Shown here: positions 22,811 through 32,247 of the stretch, one piece after another | Position numbering within the stretch: the first letter of the stretch is position 1 | Layout: each line of letters starts with the position of its first letter | DNA from: Malacoraja senta | Lineage: Eukaryota | Direction of reading: 5' to 3' | DNA length: 32,247 nucleotides | Assembly: GCA_038087875.1 (NCBI GenBank) | Contig: JAXLNO010002458.1 | Location: forward strand, 1-32,247 | Translations under genes and position numbers: made by a program | The notes under the pieces: model-generated | What the model saw: only the letters and a program-made list of their open reading frames with translations | Told to the model about the DNA's origin: nothing | Databases searched by the model: none

Positions 22811-22953
22811 GTTGGGTGGGGGGGTCATTGACATTTGCTGCCATGGTTTTAGAGTAAAGCATAACTCACTTCCCCAATGTGCTGGACAAAACTAGAAGGT
22901 GCATTGCCCTGCACTGTTTCACATACCTCCAATGAGCTGGTTGAATGGTTGAA

Positions 22954-22989
22954 GGGTCTGAAGAAGGGCCTCAACCCAAAACGTCACCC
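22954..22989 (+). ncRNA. Minimal type-I hammerhead-like motif in a Penelope terminus, GAAA mutated to AAAA
   Basis: GGGT-CTGAAGA-AGGG-cctcaa-CCC-AAAA-CGTC-ACCC; stem I GGGT/ACCC, stem II GGG/CCC. Confidence 0.6.
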
Positions 22990-23373
22990 ATTCCTTGTAT
23001 CCAGAGATGCTGCCAGTCCCACCGAGTTACTCCAGCATTTTGTGGCTATCTTCGTTTCAATGGTTCAAAGGTTTCCATATTATTAGGAAAACGAGAGTTG
23101 AGAAAAGGTACAGAACAGATTCTGTTCTGGGGTTTGGTCTGTATCTTTTCATACCTCTAGTTTCCCTGTCCCCTGACTCTCAGCCTGAAGAACTGTGTGC
23201 AGGATAGTGTTCGTGTGCTGGGGTCGATGCGGACTCGGTGGGCAGAAGGGCCTGTTTCCGCGCTGTATCTCTCAACTAAACTAAATAGATAATCTATGGA
23301 AAGAAAATAGAGCATCTTTGTTGGTTCATTATGACTTGACGGGGCTTTCAAATCTCGCACGAGAAACCTTCTC

Positions 23374-23670
23374 GACACGGTGGCGCAGCGGTACAGTGGC
23401 TGCCTCACAGCGCCAGAGACCCGGGTTCTTTCCTGATCACCGGTGCTGTCTGTACGGAGTTTATACGTTCCCCCCGTGACCTGCATTGGTTTTCTCCGAG
23501 ATCTTCCGTTTCCTCCCGCTCTCCAAAGACGTACAGGTTGTAGGTTAAGTGGTTTGGTACAAATGTAATTGTCACTGGTGTGTGTGGCATAGTGTTTGTG
23601 TGCGGGGATTGCTGTTCGGTGCGGACTCGGTGGGCCGAAGGGACTGTTTCTGTGCTATATCACTAAACTA
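23374..23670 (+). mobile_element. V-SINE/HE1-like SINE between 85-bp direct repeats
   Basis: ACGGTGGCGCAGCGG head, V-domain, CTAAA tail; repeats at 23287-23371 and 23679-23763. Confidence 0.9.
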
Positions 23671-23784
23671 ACTAGAGCAGATAATCTATGGAAAGAAAGC
23701 AGAGCATCTTTATTGGTACATTATGACTTGACGGGGATTTCAAATCCCGCACGAGAAACCTTCATTTCTTTCAGTCATAGAAAC

Positions 23785-24098
23785 AGAAACATAGAAAATA
23801 GGTGCAGGAGTAGGCCATTTGGCCCTTCGAGCCAGCACTGCCATTCTATATGATCATGGCTGATCATCTAAAATCAATATCCTCGTTCCTGCTTTCTCCC
23901 CATATCCCTTGATTCCGTTAGCCCTAAGAGCTAAATCTAACTCTCTTTTGAAAACATCCAGTAAATTGGCCACCACTGCCTTCTGTGGCAGAGAATTGCA
24001 CAGATTCACAACTCTCTGGGTGAAAAGGTGTTTCCTCATCTGAGTCCTAAATGGCTTACCCCCTTATTCTTAAACTGTGGCCCCTTGTTCTGGACTCC
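23785..24098 (-). mobile_element. CR1 3' end fragment
   Basis: MRKHLFTQRVVNLCNSLPQKAV; CATAGAAA tail. Confidence 0.9.
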
Positions 24099-24498
24099 AA
24101 GTTCAGGTGGAGCTGACAATGTTTGCATTTTCCACTTTAAATAAAAGTAAACTGAATTACGGAAGGTTAGAGAAAGAAGTGTATTGATTTCTCATTCATT
24201 AGAAGCACGGTTGACATTTGTTACAAAGAGAAATCAATTTTTATTTCAAGTAATTTAAAAGTCACTTCATTAAACGCGGGGACAAGTAGTGTGGAGATTG
24301 CTTTCAGTGACACATCCATGGACTCCACTGAACAATGTAATGAATATCTTCTTCATTTGACCTCAACTGAGCGTTACGACAATATTTACTTGGCGAGGTC
24401 ACAGATCACCTTGCAAGAAGCTCTAGCCATCATGGTTAGAATGAAAAACGTCTTTTTTTTAAATTGAGAAGAGCTATCATCTTATGTATTGATCTCAG

Positions 24499-24567
24499 GT
24501 CGCTTTACCCACTCTGGTCTCAGAGCCGGTGATTCCAACCACGGCAGCCTCCTGAATGCAGAGATGT
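24499..24567 (+). other. Candidate 69-nt exon (phase 1-1 reading RFTHSGLRAGDSNHGSLLNAEM)
   Basis: TATTGATCTCAG| acceptor, |GTGAGT donor, open frame; no homology recognised. Confidence 0.3.
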
Positions 24568-24843
24568 GTGAGTTTACTGAGTCCAATGTGACGATACAAT
24601 TGAATCTGGTTTAGGTTTTTAGTTCAGAGTCAATGCCGAAGGCAGACCAAACATCTTAAACAGAGATTGGTCAGATACAGTGAGAAATCATGTGAAATAA
24701 TCACTGAATTGTATTTTAAATGAATGTACCTGCATGTTATACTGTTTAGTTTGGAGATACAGCGCAGATAGTCCACTGAGTTCGCACCGACCAGCGAGTT
24801 TATTATTTTCCTATTTGTCAATTTGTGCCCGATTATTTGGTGG

Positions 24844-24980
24844 CCAATCAACCGCTGTCTCTAAGGAGGTTGCGTCCAATCACCAACCAGCTTGCCTTAA
24901 AATTCCCGTCCAATCAACAATCCGGTCTCCTCCCGTCCAATCAACCGCTGTCTCCAAGGGCATTGTGTCCAATCATATAA
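24844..24980. promoter_or_regulatory. Array of five CCAATCA boxes followed by TATAA
   Basis: CCAAT at 24844, 24876, 24910, 24937, 24969; TATAA at 24976-24980. Confidence 0.5.
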
Positions 24981-25121
24981 TGCAGTTTAATGGTAATTAG
25001 CAGCTACGGTAAAGGTGGAAGCCAGTGGAGCTACTGACAGTCAAACGGGAGCAGGAGAGGTTCACACAGTGTATAATCCATAGCACCTCAGTGTACAATT
25101 TCATAATTATATACTAAATAA

Positions 25122-26440
25122 CAGGGCTGGAAATTAGCAGTTGCCCGGGTGCCAATGGCAACCTACAGTCCTGCCGGGCAACCTAAAAGCCATGCCATTT
25201 TGCCCGGCTTGGCAAGCACCAGGGACACCTCTCGTTTAATTCTGAGCGGGCCCCTCTCTATCTTTCTCTCTCCATCTCCGCCTGCCACCCGTGTCCGGGT
25301 CTCTGGTCTCTGCCCGCTCCTCATCCGCCGGCACGGCCGGCCGCGTTACACATGCGCACAACCGACAACCACGGCCAGCACCAACCATCCTATAGCGAGG
25401 ATCTTTGGCCAGCACATCATCGGCCGTGGTTATGCGCATGTGCCGCCCTGCACATGCGCACTGCCACTGCAACTGGTCAGCGTTGGCCACTTTCTCCCTT
25501 CCTTTGCATTGTGGGAGATTTGGCTGCCATTGCTGTCTGGTCGCCGCCTCAACGCGACCGCTGAAAATCAACGCCGAATCACTCGCTGGAGCTGGAGTAA
25601 CTCTTGCTTCTTGGTTTTCTGGTCCTCCAAAAATATTAAAAATGGAATTTAAACAGAATTTAAACACCACCACCAAACTCCAAACTGAAAAATAGCCTAT
25701 TGCATTTTATCTGTTTATTTATTGTGTGTGTATATATATATGGTCTATGGTATATAGACACACTGAACTTTTATCTCCTGTTCTGTATTATGTTTACATA
25801 TTCTGATGTGCTGCAGCAAGCAAGAATTTCATTGCCCTATCTGGGACACATGACAATAAAACTCTTGACTCTTGACTTCGACTTAAACAAAAAAAGGGTT
25901 CTTGGGGGATAAAAAGAAGTTCCTTAAATTTAATTGCTTCTGGTTGGGTACCTATAGTAGGGTGAAGACTATTCCATGCTTTAATTGTGCGGCGGAACTC
26001 CATGGAGCAGCCAGCAACTCAGGATAGAAGAAATTGGGTGACGTTTTGGGTAGAGACCCTTCTTTAGATTTCCTCTGGTTTTAGTGTTTTTAGTTTAATT
26101 TAAAGATACAGCGTGGAAACAGGACCTTCGGCCCACCGAGTCCATACCGATCACCCGTACACTAGTTCTTTCCCACACATTAGCGACGTAAGTCAAGAGT
26201 CAAGAGTGTTTTATTCTCTCACGTCCCAGTTAGAACAATGAAATCCTTACTTGCAGCAGCACAACAGCATATGTAAACATAGTAGTCTGTAAACAGTTGT
26301 AAACGAGAAAACAAAACAGTGTATATTTATATATGAATATATAACTATATAAATATGTGTGTGTGTGTATAATATATATACCCACACACACACACAATTT
26401 CCCTCCTGGGATTAATAAAGTTCTATCATATAGTATCGTG
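25122..26440 (+). mobile_element. hAT-like composite element, left end present, right end not found
   Basis: Starts CAGGGCTGGAAATT with repeated subterminal GGCAAC; interior homologous to 4378-5490. Confidence 0.65.
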
Positions 26441-26501
26441 TGTTTTTTTCAGTAACCAAAGTTATCAGCATATAATTTTTTGTGTGTTGGAAAATAAAAT
26501 A

Positions 26502-26715
26502 TAGTGGCACAGCTGGTGGACTTGCTGCCTCACACGCCAGAGATCTGTGTTCGATCATCTCCTCGGGCACTGTCTGTTTTGAATTTGCACATTCTCCCTG
26601 CAAGCGTGTGGGTTTCCTCCCACATCCCAAAAACGCATTGGCTTTGCAGGTTAAACTTGTCTCTGTAAACTTGCCCCTAATGTGTAGGGAGTGGGTGAGG
26701 AAAGTGGGACAAAAG
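26502..26715 (+). mobile_element. V-SINE/HE1-like SINE, degraded
   Basis: AGTGGCACAGCTGG head and GTGGGTTTCCTCCCACA core. Confidence 0.8.
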
Positions 26716-26734
26716 AAGTTGTGTGAATGGGGAG

Positions 26735-27330
26735 ACAAAAATGCTGGAGAAACTCAGCGGGTGAGGCAGCATCTATGGAGCGAAGGAAATAGGCGACGTT
26801 TTGGGTCGAGACCCTTCTTCAGACTGATGTGAGGGTGCGGGGAAGTGGGAAAAAGAAAGGAAGAGGTGGAGACAGTGGACTGAAGGAGCGTTGGGAAGCG
26901 GAGGAGAAAGCAGGGACTACCTGAAATTGGAGAAGTCAATTTTCATACCGCTGGGGTGTAAACTGCCCAAGCAAAATATGAGGTGCTGTTCCTCCAATTT
27001 ACGGTGGGCTTCAGACTGATGTCGGGAAGTGTGGGGGGGGGGGGGGGCGGAAAAAGAAAGGAAGAGGCGGAGACAGTAGGCTGTGGGAGAGCTGGGAATG
27101 GGAGGGGAAGGAGGGAGAAAGCAAGGGCTACTTGAAATTGGATAAGCCAATGTTCATACTGCTGGGGTGTAAACTACCCAAGCGAAATATGAGGTGCTGC
27201 TCCTCCAATTTGCAGTGGGCCTCACTCTGGCCATGGAGGAGGCCCAGGACAGAAAAGTCAGATTCGGAATGGGAGGGGGAGTTCAAGTGCTCAGCCACCG
27301 GGAGATCAGTTTGGTTATTGCGAACTTGAA
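26735..27330 (-). mobile_element. Penelope-like 3' end with an internal duplication
   Basis: RNNQTDLPVAEHLNSPSHSESDFSVLGLL; the EQHLIFxLGSLHP segment occurs twice. Confidence 0.9.
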
Positions 27331-27375
27331 GGTCGAGTCGAAGGTAGATAACGTGGTCAAAAAGGATTTGGCACA

Positions 27376-27820
27376 TTGGCCTTCATCAGTCAGAGTTTTG
27401 ATTGTGGAAACTGGGAGGTCATGTTGCAATTGTATAAGTCGTTGGTGAGACCGCATTTAAAATATTGTGTTCAGTTCAGGGCACCATGTTATAGGAAAAA
27501 TATTGTCACGCTTGAAAGGATTCAGAGAAGATTTACGAGGATGTTGCCAGGACTAGAGGGTGTGAGCTATGGGGAGGGGTTGAGTAGGCTGGGTCTCTAT
27601 TCCATGGAGCTCAGTAGGATGAGGGGAGATCTTATAGATGTATACAAAATCATGAGAGGAATAGATCGGGTAGATGCACAGTTTCTTGCCCAGAGTAGGG
27701 GAATCGAGGACCAGAGGACATATGTTCTGATGTAGCTGGGACATTGTTGGTCGGTGTGGGCAAGTTGGGCCGAAGGGCCTGTTTCCAAACTGTATCACTC
27801 CATGACCCTAGTCTGTGTAG
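27376..27820 (+). mobile_element. CR1 ORF2 3' fragment and tail
   Basis: VMLQLYKSLVRPHLKYCVQF...MRGDLIDVYKIMRGIDRVD. Confidence 0.92.
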
Positions 27821-27930
27821 AGTAGTGTTAGTGGGCGGGAATCGTTGGGCGGTACGGACTCGGTGGGCCGAAGGGCCTGTTTCTGTGCTGTGTCTTTAAA
27901 CTAAACTTAAAAATGATAACCCATTTATTG

Positions 27931-28027
27931 TACCCCAGATAAGCCCACCACAGGCGAACCCACTTGTACTACCCCAGATAAACCCACCACAGGCCAACCC
28001 ACTTGTACTACCCCAGATAAACCCACT
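27931..28027 (+). repeat. 39-bp minisatellite, about 2.5 copies
   Basis: Unit TACCCCAGATAA(A/G)CCCACCACAGGC(C/G)AACCCACTTGTAC. Confidence 0.92.
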
Positions 28028-28409
28028 AGAAACATAGGGAAAACATAGAAAAATAGGTGAAGTAGGCCATTTGGCCCTTCGAGCCACGGACTACAAGATA
28101 CCTTGCCCACACTCTACCCCCAGATACATCCATAGAACAGCCCTGTGATACTGCACCCTAGGTTGACTAATCTTTGCACCAGTGTCACCGTGGCTCTGAG
28201 CTTTGGGTGTGTGGACTGACGGTCTGTCAGCAGCGTGGGTCCATGGCGTCTCTGGAGAGAAGGAATGGGTGACATTTCAGGACAACGCCCTTCTTCAGAC
28301 TCCAGAGATGCTGCCCGACCCACTGAGTTACGACAGCTTTTTGTATCCATCTCGCTTGAGACGGGGTTGGGTTCAATAGCCGGCTGACTTGTGTGTGTTT
28401 CCCCTCCAG

Positions 28410-28453
28410 GTGTGTCCCTCACGTGAAGAAGTGGGTGCTGCTGGCATTACTGG
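28410..28453 (+). other. Candidate 44-nt leader-peptide-like exon (...HVKKWVLLALL, phase-1 end)
   Basis: Strong acceptor GTGTTTCCCCTCCAG| and donor G|GTAAGG; basic-then-hydrophobic peptide starting at GTG. Confidence 0.45.
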
Positions 28454-28769
28454 GTAAGGACCTGCTCCATTTCACATCTCACTTCATCGATCATTGATGT
28501 CTGCAGGACAATATGAAGAGAAAATCTTCACTGAGGGTTCGAGCAGTTGAGGCAAAGCATGAGGAGAAACAGTCAAGTTGAGAGTAAAGGATTAAAGGTG
28601 CAGGGAGGGATTGGGGTGGGCCCAGGGCTGTATTTAACAGTCTGTTTGACAGACAACACTGGTGAATTTATAGTGTCAACTGAGTATCCCGAGCCCAAGG
28701 TTCTTATTGGAATTAGAGTGAGGTCCAAGCAGCTGAATTTAGGTTGTGTTATATTGTTCATAAATTATA

Positions 28770-29375
28770 GGAGCAGAATTAGGCCATTTGGCCCATCAAG
28801 TCTACTCCACTATTCAATCATGGCTGATCTATCTTTCCCTCTCAACCCCATTCTCCTGCCTGTTCCCCATAACCTCCGACACCCGTACTAATCAAGAATC
28901 TTATCAATCTCCACCTTAAAAATACCCATTGTCTTGGCCTCCTCAGCTGTCTGTGGCAATGAATTTCACAGATTCATCACTCCCTAACTAAAGAAATTCC
29001 ACCTCGTCTCTTTTCTAAAGGTGCGTGGTTTTGTTCTATGGCTATGGCCTCTGGTCCTAAACTCTCCCACTAGTGGAAACATCCTCTCCACATCCACTCT
29101 ATCCAGGCCTTTCACTATTCGGCAAGTTTCAATGAAGTCCCTCCTCATCCTACAGCGAGTACAGGTCCAGTGAGTACAGGCCCAGTGTCTACAAATGCTC
29201 ATCACACGTCAACCCACTCATTCCTGGGATCATTCTCGTAAACCTCCTCTGGACCCTCTCCAATGCCAGCATACCCTTCTTCAGATGTGGATCCTAAATG
29301 CTCACAATACTCCAAATGTGGTCTGGCCAGTGCCTTATAAAGCCTCAGCGTTACATCCCTGTCTTTATATTCTAT
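28770..29375 (-). mobile_element. CR1 3' fragment
   Basis: RMRRDFIETCRIVKGLDRVDVERMFPLVGE. Confidence 0.9.
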
Positions 29376-29809
29376 TATCAGGGTGCTTGTATTTGATAAT
29401 CTCGCTGTTCTAATGCGTGCAAAGATGCTAATCTCCAGATTGTTCCCAGTAGCTGGTACAGTGAGTGTAGGTGTGGGAATGGAGTGTGGGTGATTAGTAG
29501 GGGAGTGATGATGCAGGAGGGAGGGTTGTATATTCCTCGGGCACTGGCACTGAGGGCAGGTGGCACCTCGAGCCTGGGACCAATCTCCTCGATGGGTTTG
29601 CTAACGCCGTTTGGATGGGTTGATATGGTTTGGTTTGGAAGGATATTTGTGCCAAGATTTGTGGGGGAGATGGGCAGAACAGGGAACGAGGGCATGAAGT
29701 TAGTGAGTGTTTGGGGGGAAGAGGAAAGAAAGGCTGGAAAATCCAATGGAGGAGTGTGGCTCCACTTGATGCAAGGATTCCATCGAGGGGCTGATACGTT
29801 AGTTGATGG

Positions 29810-30090
29810 CATCAAGGGTCGATCATTTTAGTCAATGGGTAACTCACCAGGCTCGGATGAAATGTATCCCAGGATGTTGAAGGGAGCCAGGGAAGAAATT
29901 ATAGATGCTCCGACCGTGATATTTTGATTCTTCCTCACGGCAGGAGTAATACTGGAGGATTAGATTACCAACATACGGTTGTTTAAAAGGTGAGCATGGG
30001 AGAGCCCAAGTAATTACAGGCCAGTTGGCTTAACCTGTGGAGGACAAATTATTGGAATAGATTCAACATGGTATAAAATTCATTTAGAAG
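29810..30090 (+). mobile_element. Old CR1 RT N-terminal fragment
   Basis: Degenerate SPGSDEMYPRMLKGAREEI...SNYRPV with stops. Confidence 0.75.
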
Positions 30091-30217
30091 TGAATGATTT
30101 TTAGAACTGAGAGTAAGCATGCAGGTACAGCAGGCAGTGAAGAAAGCTAATGGCATGGTACACAAAAATGCTGGAGAAACTCAGCGGGTGCAGCAGCATC
30201 TATGGAGCGAAGGAAAT

Positions 30218-30252
30218 AGGTAACGTTTCGGGCCGAAACCCTTCTTCAGACT
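30218..30252 (-). ncRNA. Hammerhead-like motif in the Penelope 3' terminus
   Basis: Reverse complement AGT-CTGAAGA-AGGG-tttcgg-CCC-GAAA-CGTT-ACC; core intact, stem I weak. Confidence 0.6.
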
Positions 30253-30365
30253 GATAGGGGGTGGGGAGAAGAAAGGAAAAAAGGAAAAGGAGGAGGAGGA
30301 GCCCGAGGGCTGGGGGAGGGGAGGAGACAACCAGATGGCTGATGAAGGGGAGGGGACAGCCAGGG

Positions 30366-32246
30366 CTAGCAGAATTGGGAGAATTCAACGTTCAGGCCAC
30401 CAGGATGTAGACTGCCCAAGCGGAATATGAGGTGCATTTCCTCCAATTTACGGTGTTGCTCGCTGTGGCCATGGAGGAGACCCAGGACAGAGAGGTCAGA
30501 TACGGAATGGGAGGGGGAGTTGAAGTGCTGAGCCACCGGGAGTTCAGGTTGGTTATTGCGGACCGACCGGAGGTGTTCGGCGAAACGATCGCCAAGCCTC
30601 CGCTTGGTCTCACCGATGTAGATCAGCTGGCATCTAGAGCAGCGAATGCAATAGATGAGGTTGGAGGAGATGCAGGTGAACCTCTGTCGCACCTGGAACG
30701 ACTGCTTGGGTCCTGGAATGGAGTGGAGGGGGGAAGTGAAGGGACAAGTGTTGCATCTCTTGCGGTTGCAAGGGAAAGTACCAGGGGAGGGGGTGGTATG
30801 GGAGGGAAGGGAAGAATTGACAAGGGAGTTACGGAGGGAGCGGTCTTTGCGGAAGGCAGACATAGGGGGAGATGGGAAGATGTGGCGAGTGGTGGGGTCA
30901 CGTTGGAGGTGGCGAAACTGACGGAGGATCACTTGTTGTATGTGACGGCTGGTGGGGTGAAAGGTGAGGACTAGGGGGACTCTGCCTTTGTTGTGAGTGG
31001 GGGGATGGGGAGAGAGAGCAGTGTTGCGGGGTATGGCAGAGACCCTGGTGCGAGCCTTATCTATGGTGGAGGAGGGGAACCCCCGTTCCCTGAAGAATGA
31101 GGACATTTCAGATGCCCTGGTGTGGAACGCCTCATCCTGGGAGCAGATGCGGCGTAGACGGAGGAATTGGGAGTGGGGGATGGAGTCCTTACAGGAAGCA
31201 GGGTGGGAAGAAGTGTAGTCCAGATAGCCATGGGAGTCGGTAGGTTTGTAGTGGATGTCGGTAAGGAGTCTATCACCTGCGATGGAGATAGTGAGGTCAA
31301 GGAATGGTAGGGAAGTGTCGGAAATGGTCCAGGTGTATTTGAGTGCCGGATGGAAGTTGGTGGTGAAGCGGATGAAGTCAGTCAGTTGTGTGTGGGTGCA
31401 GGATGTGGCACCAAAACAATCATCGATGTAGCGGAGGTAGAGGTCGGGGATGGGGCCCTGGTACGCATTGAACAGGGATTGTTCTACGTACCCGACAAAG
31501 AGGCAGGCGTAGCTGGGGCCCATGCGTGTGCCCATAGCTACGCCTTGTATTTGGAGGAAATGGGAGGAGTCAAATGAAAAGTTATTAAGTGTAAGTACCA
31601 GCTCCGCTAGGCGGAGGAGGGTGTCGGTGGCCGGGTATAGATTGCTTCTACGGTCGAGGAAAAAACGGAGGGCTTTGAGACCATCCTGGTGGGGGATGGA
31701 GGTGTACAGTGACTGGACGTCCATGGTGAAGATGAGGGGGTGAGGGCCTAGAGAGTGGAATGCGCGGAGATGACGGAGAGTGTCTGAGGTGTCTTGAACA
31801 TAGGTGGGGAGGGATTTAACCAAGGGGGATAGTATGGAGTCGAGGTAGGTGGAGATGAGTTCGGTGGGGCAAGAACAGGCAGAGACAATGGGTCTACCGG
31901 GACAGTCAGGTTTGTGGATTTTGGGAAGGTAAAAGCGGGCTGTGCGGGGCTGGGGAACGATGAGGTTGGAGGCTCGTTCGGGCAGGGCGTGGGAGTGGAT
32001 GAAGTTGGTGATGGTGCTGGAGATGGTGGCCTGGTGCTCGTCAGTGGGGTCATGGTCCAGGGGTAAGTAGGAAGAGGTGTCCGAGAGTTGGCGCGTGGCC
32101 TCAGCTTTGTAGAGGTCGACGCGCCAGACTACCACGGCACCTCCCTTGTCGGCGGGTTTGATAACCCAATCTAGGTTGTTGCGGAGTGAGTCGATGGCAG
32201 TGCGTTCAAGGGGGGAGAGATTGGAGTGAAACAGGGGAGTGGAGAA
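30366..32246 (-). CDS. Penelope-like RT + GIY-YIG endonuclease, 5'-partial, uninterrupted
   Basis: Frame open upstream of the 589-aa ORF to the window edge (IKPADKGGAVV). DVQSLYT, QIQGVAMG, YLRYIDD, linker CNRKRCNTC, LIYIGET...RFAEH. Confidence 0.93.
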   Translation of the reverse strand, partial: FSTPLFHSNLSPLERTAIDSLRNNLDWVIKPADKGGAVVVWRVDLYKAEATRQLSDTSSYLPLDHDPTDEHQATISSTITNFIHSHALPERASNLIVPQPRTARFYLPKIHKPDCPGRPIVSACSCPTELISTYLDSILSPLVKSLPTYVQDTSDTLRHLRAFHSLGPHPLIFTMDVQSLYTSIPHQDGLKALRFFLDRRSNLYPATDTLLRLAELVLTLNNFSFDSSHFLQIQGVAMGTRMGPSYACLFVGYVEQSLFNAYQGPIPDLYLRYIDDCFGATSCTHTQLTDFIRFTTNFHPALKYTWTISDTSLPFLDLTISIAGDRLLTDIHYKPTDSHGYLDYTSSHPASCKDSIPHSQFLRLRRICSQDEAFHTRASEMSSFFRERGFPSSTIDKARTRVSAIPRNTALSPHPPTHNKGRVPLVLTFHPTSRHIQQVILRQFRHLQRDPTTRHIFPSPPMSAFRKDRSLRNSLVNSSLPSHTTPSPGTFPCNRKRCNTCPFTSPLHSIPGPKQSFQVRQRFTCISSNLIYCIRCSRCQLIYIGETKRRLGDRFAEHLRSVRNNQPELPVAQHFNSPSHSVSDLSVLGLLHGHSEQHRKLEEMHLIFRLGSLHPGGLNVEFSQFC

Positions 32247-32247
32247 G

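Larger units (their letters stand above)
30157..32247 (-). mobile_element. Penelope-like retroelement, Neptune-type, running off the window end
   Basis: Long ORF plus 3' terminal repeat. Confidence 0.95.

Noticed and set aside
24295-24356. Minus-strand MKKIFITLFSGVHGCVT as an MHC leader
   Set aside because: No convincing phase-1 donor, weak hydrophobic core, frame closes soon after.
27931-28027. CRISPR-like array
   Set aside because: Head-to-tail minisatellite with no unique spacers, in eukaryotic DNA with no cas genes.
28138-28145. CAGCCCTG as the right TIR of the 25122 element
   Set aside because: Only an 8-bp match, no subterminal GGCAAC motifs, and flanks differ (CTAAATAA vs TGATACTG).

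Overview
Vertebrate, repeat-dense genomic DNA, not prokaryotic. The repeat set (HE1/V-SINE-like SINEs, CR1, L1, Tx1, Penelope-like elements) suggests a cartilaginous fish, probably a skate or ray (inference). Most ORF-track entries are spurious or retroelement fragments. The main host-gene signal is absent from the ORF track: a stop-free 200-nt remnant of an MHC class I alpha-3 (Ig C1-set) exon on the minus strand (10421-10620). It is cut exactly at the terminal repeat of a hAT-like DNA transposon and ends in a phase-1 GTAAGT donor. Positions 1-4367 recur almost identically at 10638-15014; this unit holds a multi-layer transposon nest and a candidate minus-strand terminal exon. The window also preserves several insertion-mechanism traces: an L1 with a 5' inversion and 16-bp TSD, a Tx1 carrying 43 bp of its own flank internally, a SINE between 85-bp direct repeats, an open Neptune-type Penelope ORF and several hammerhead-like motifs. 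There is a 5x CCAAT array, a few candidate small exons, and a 154-N gap at 19148-19301. All alignments and translations were done by eye; boundaries not fixed by TSDs or TIRs are approximate.
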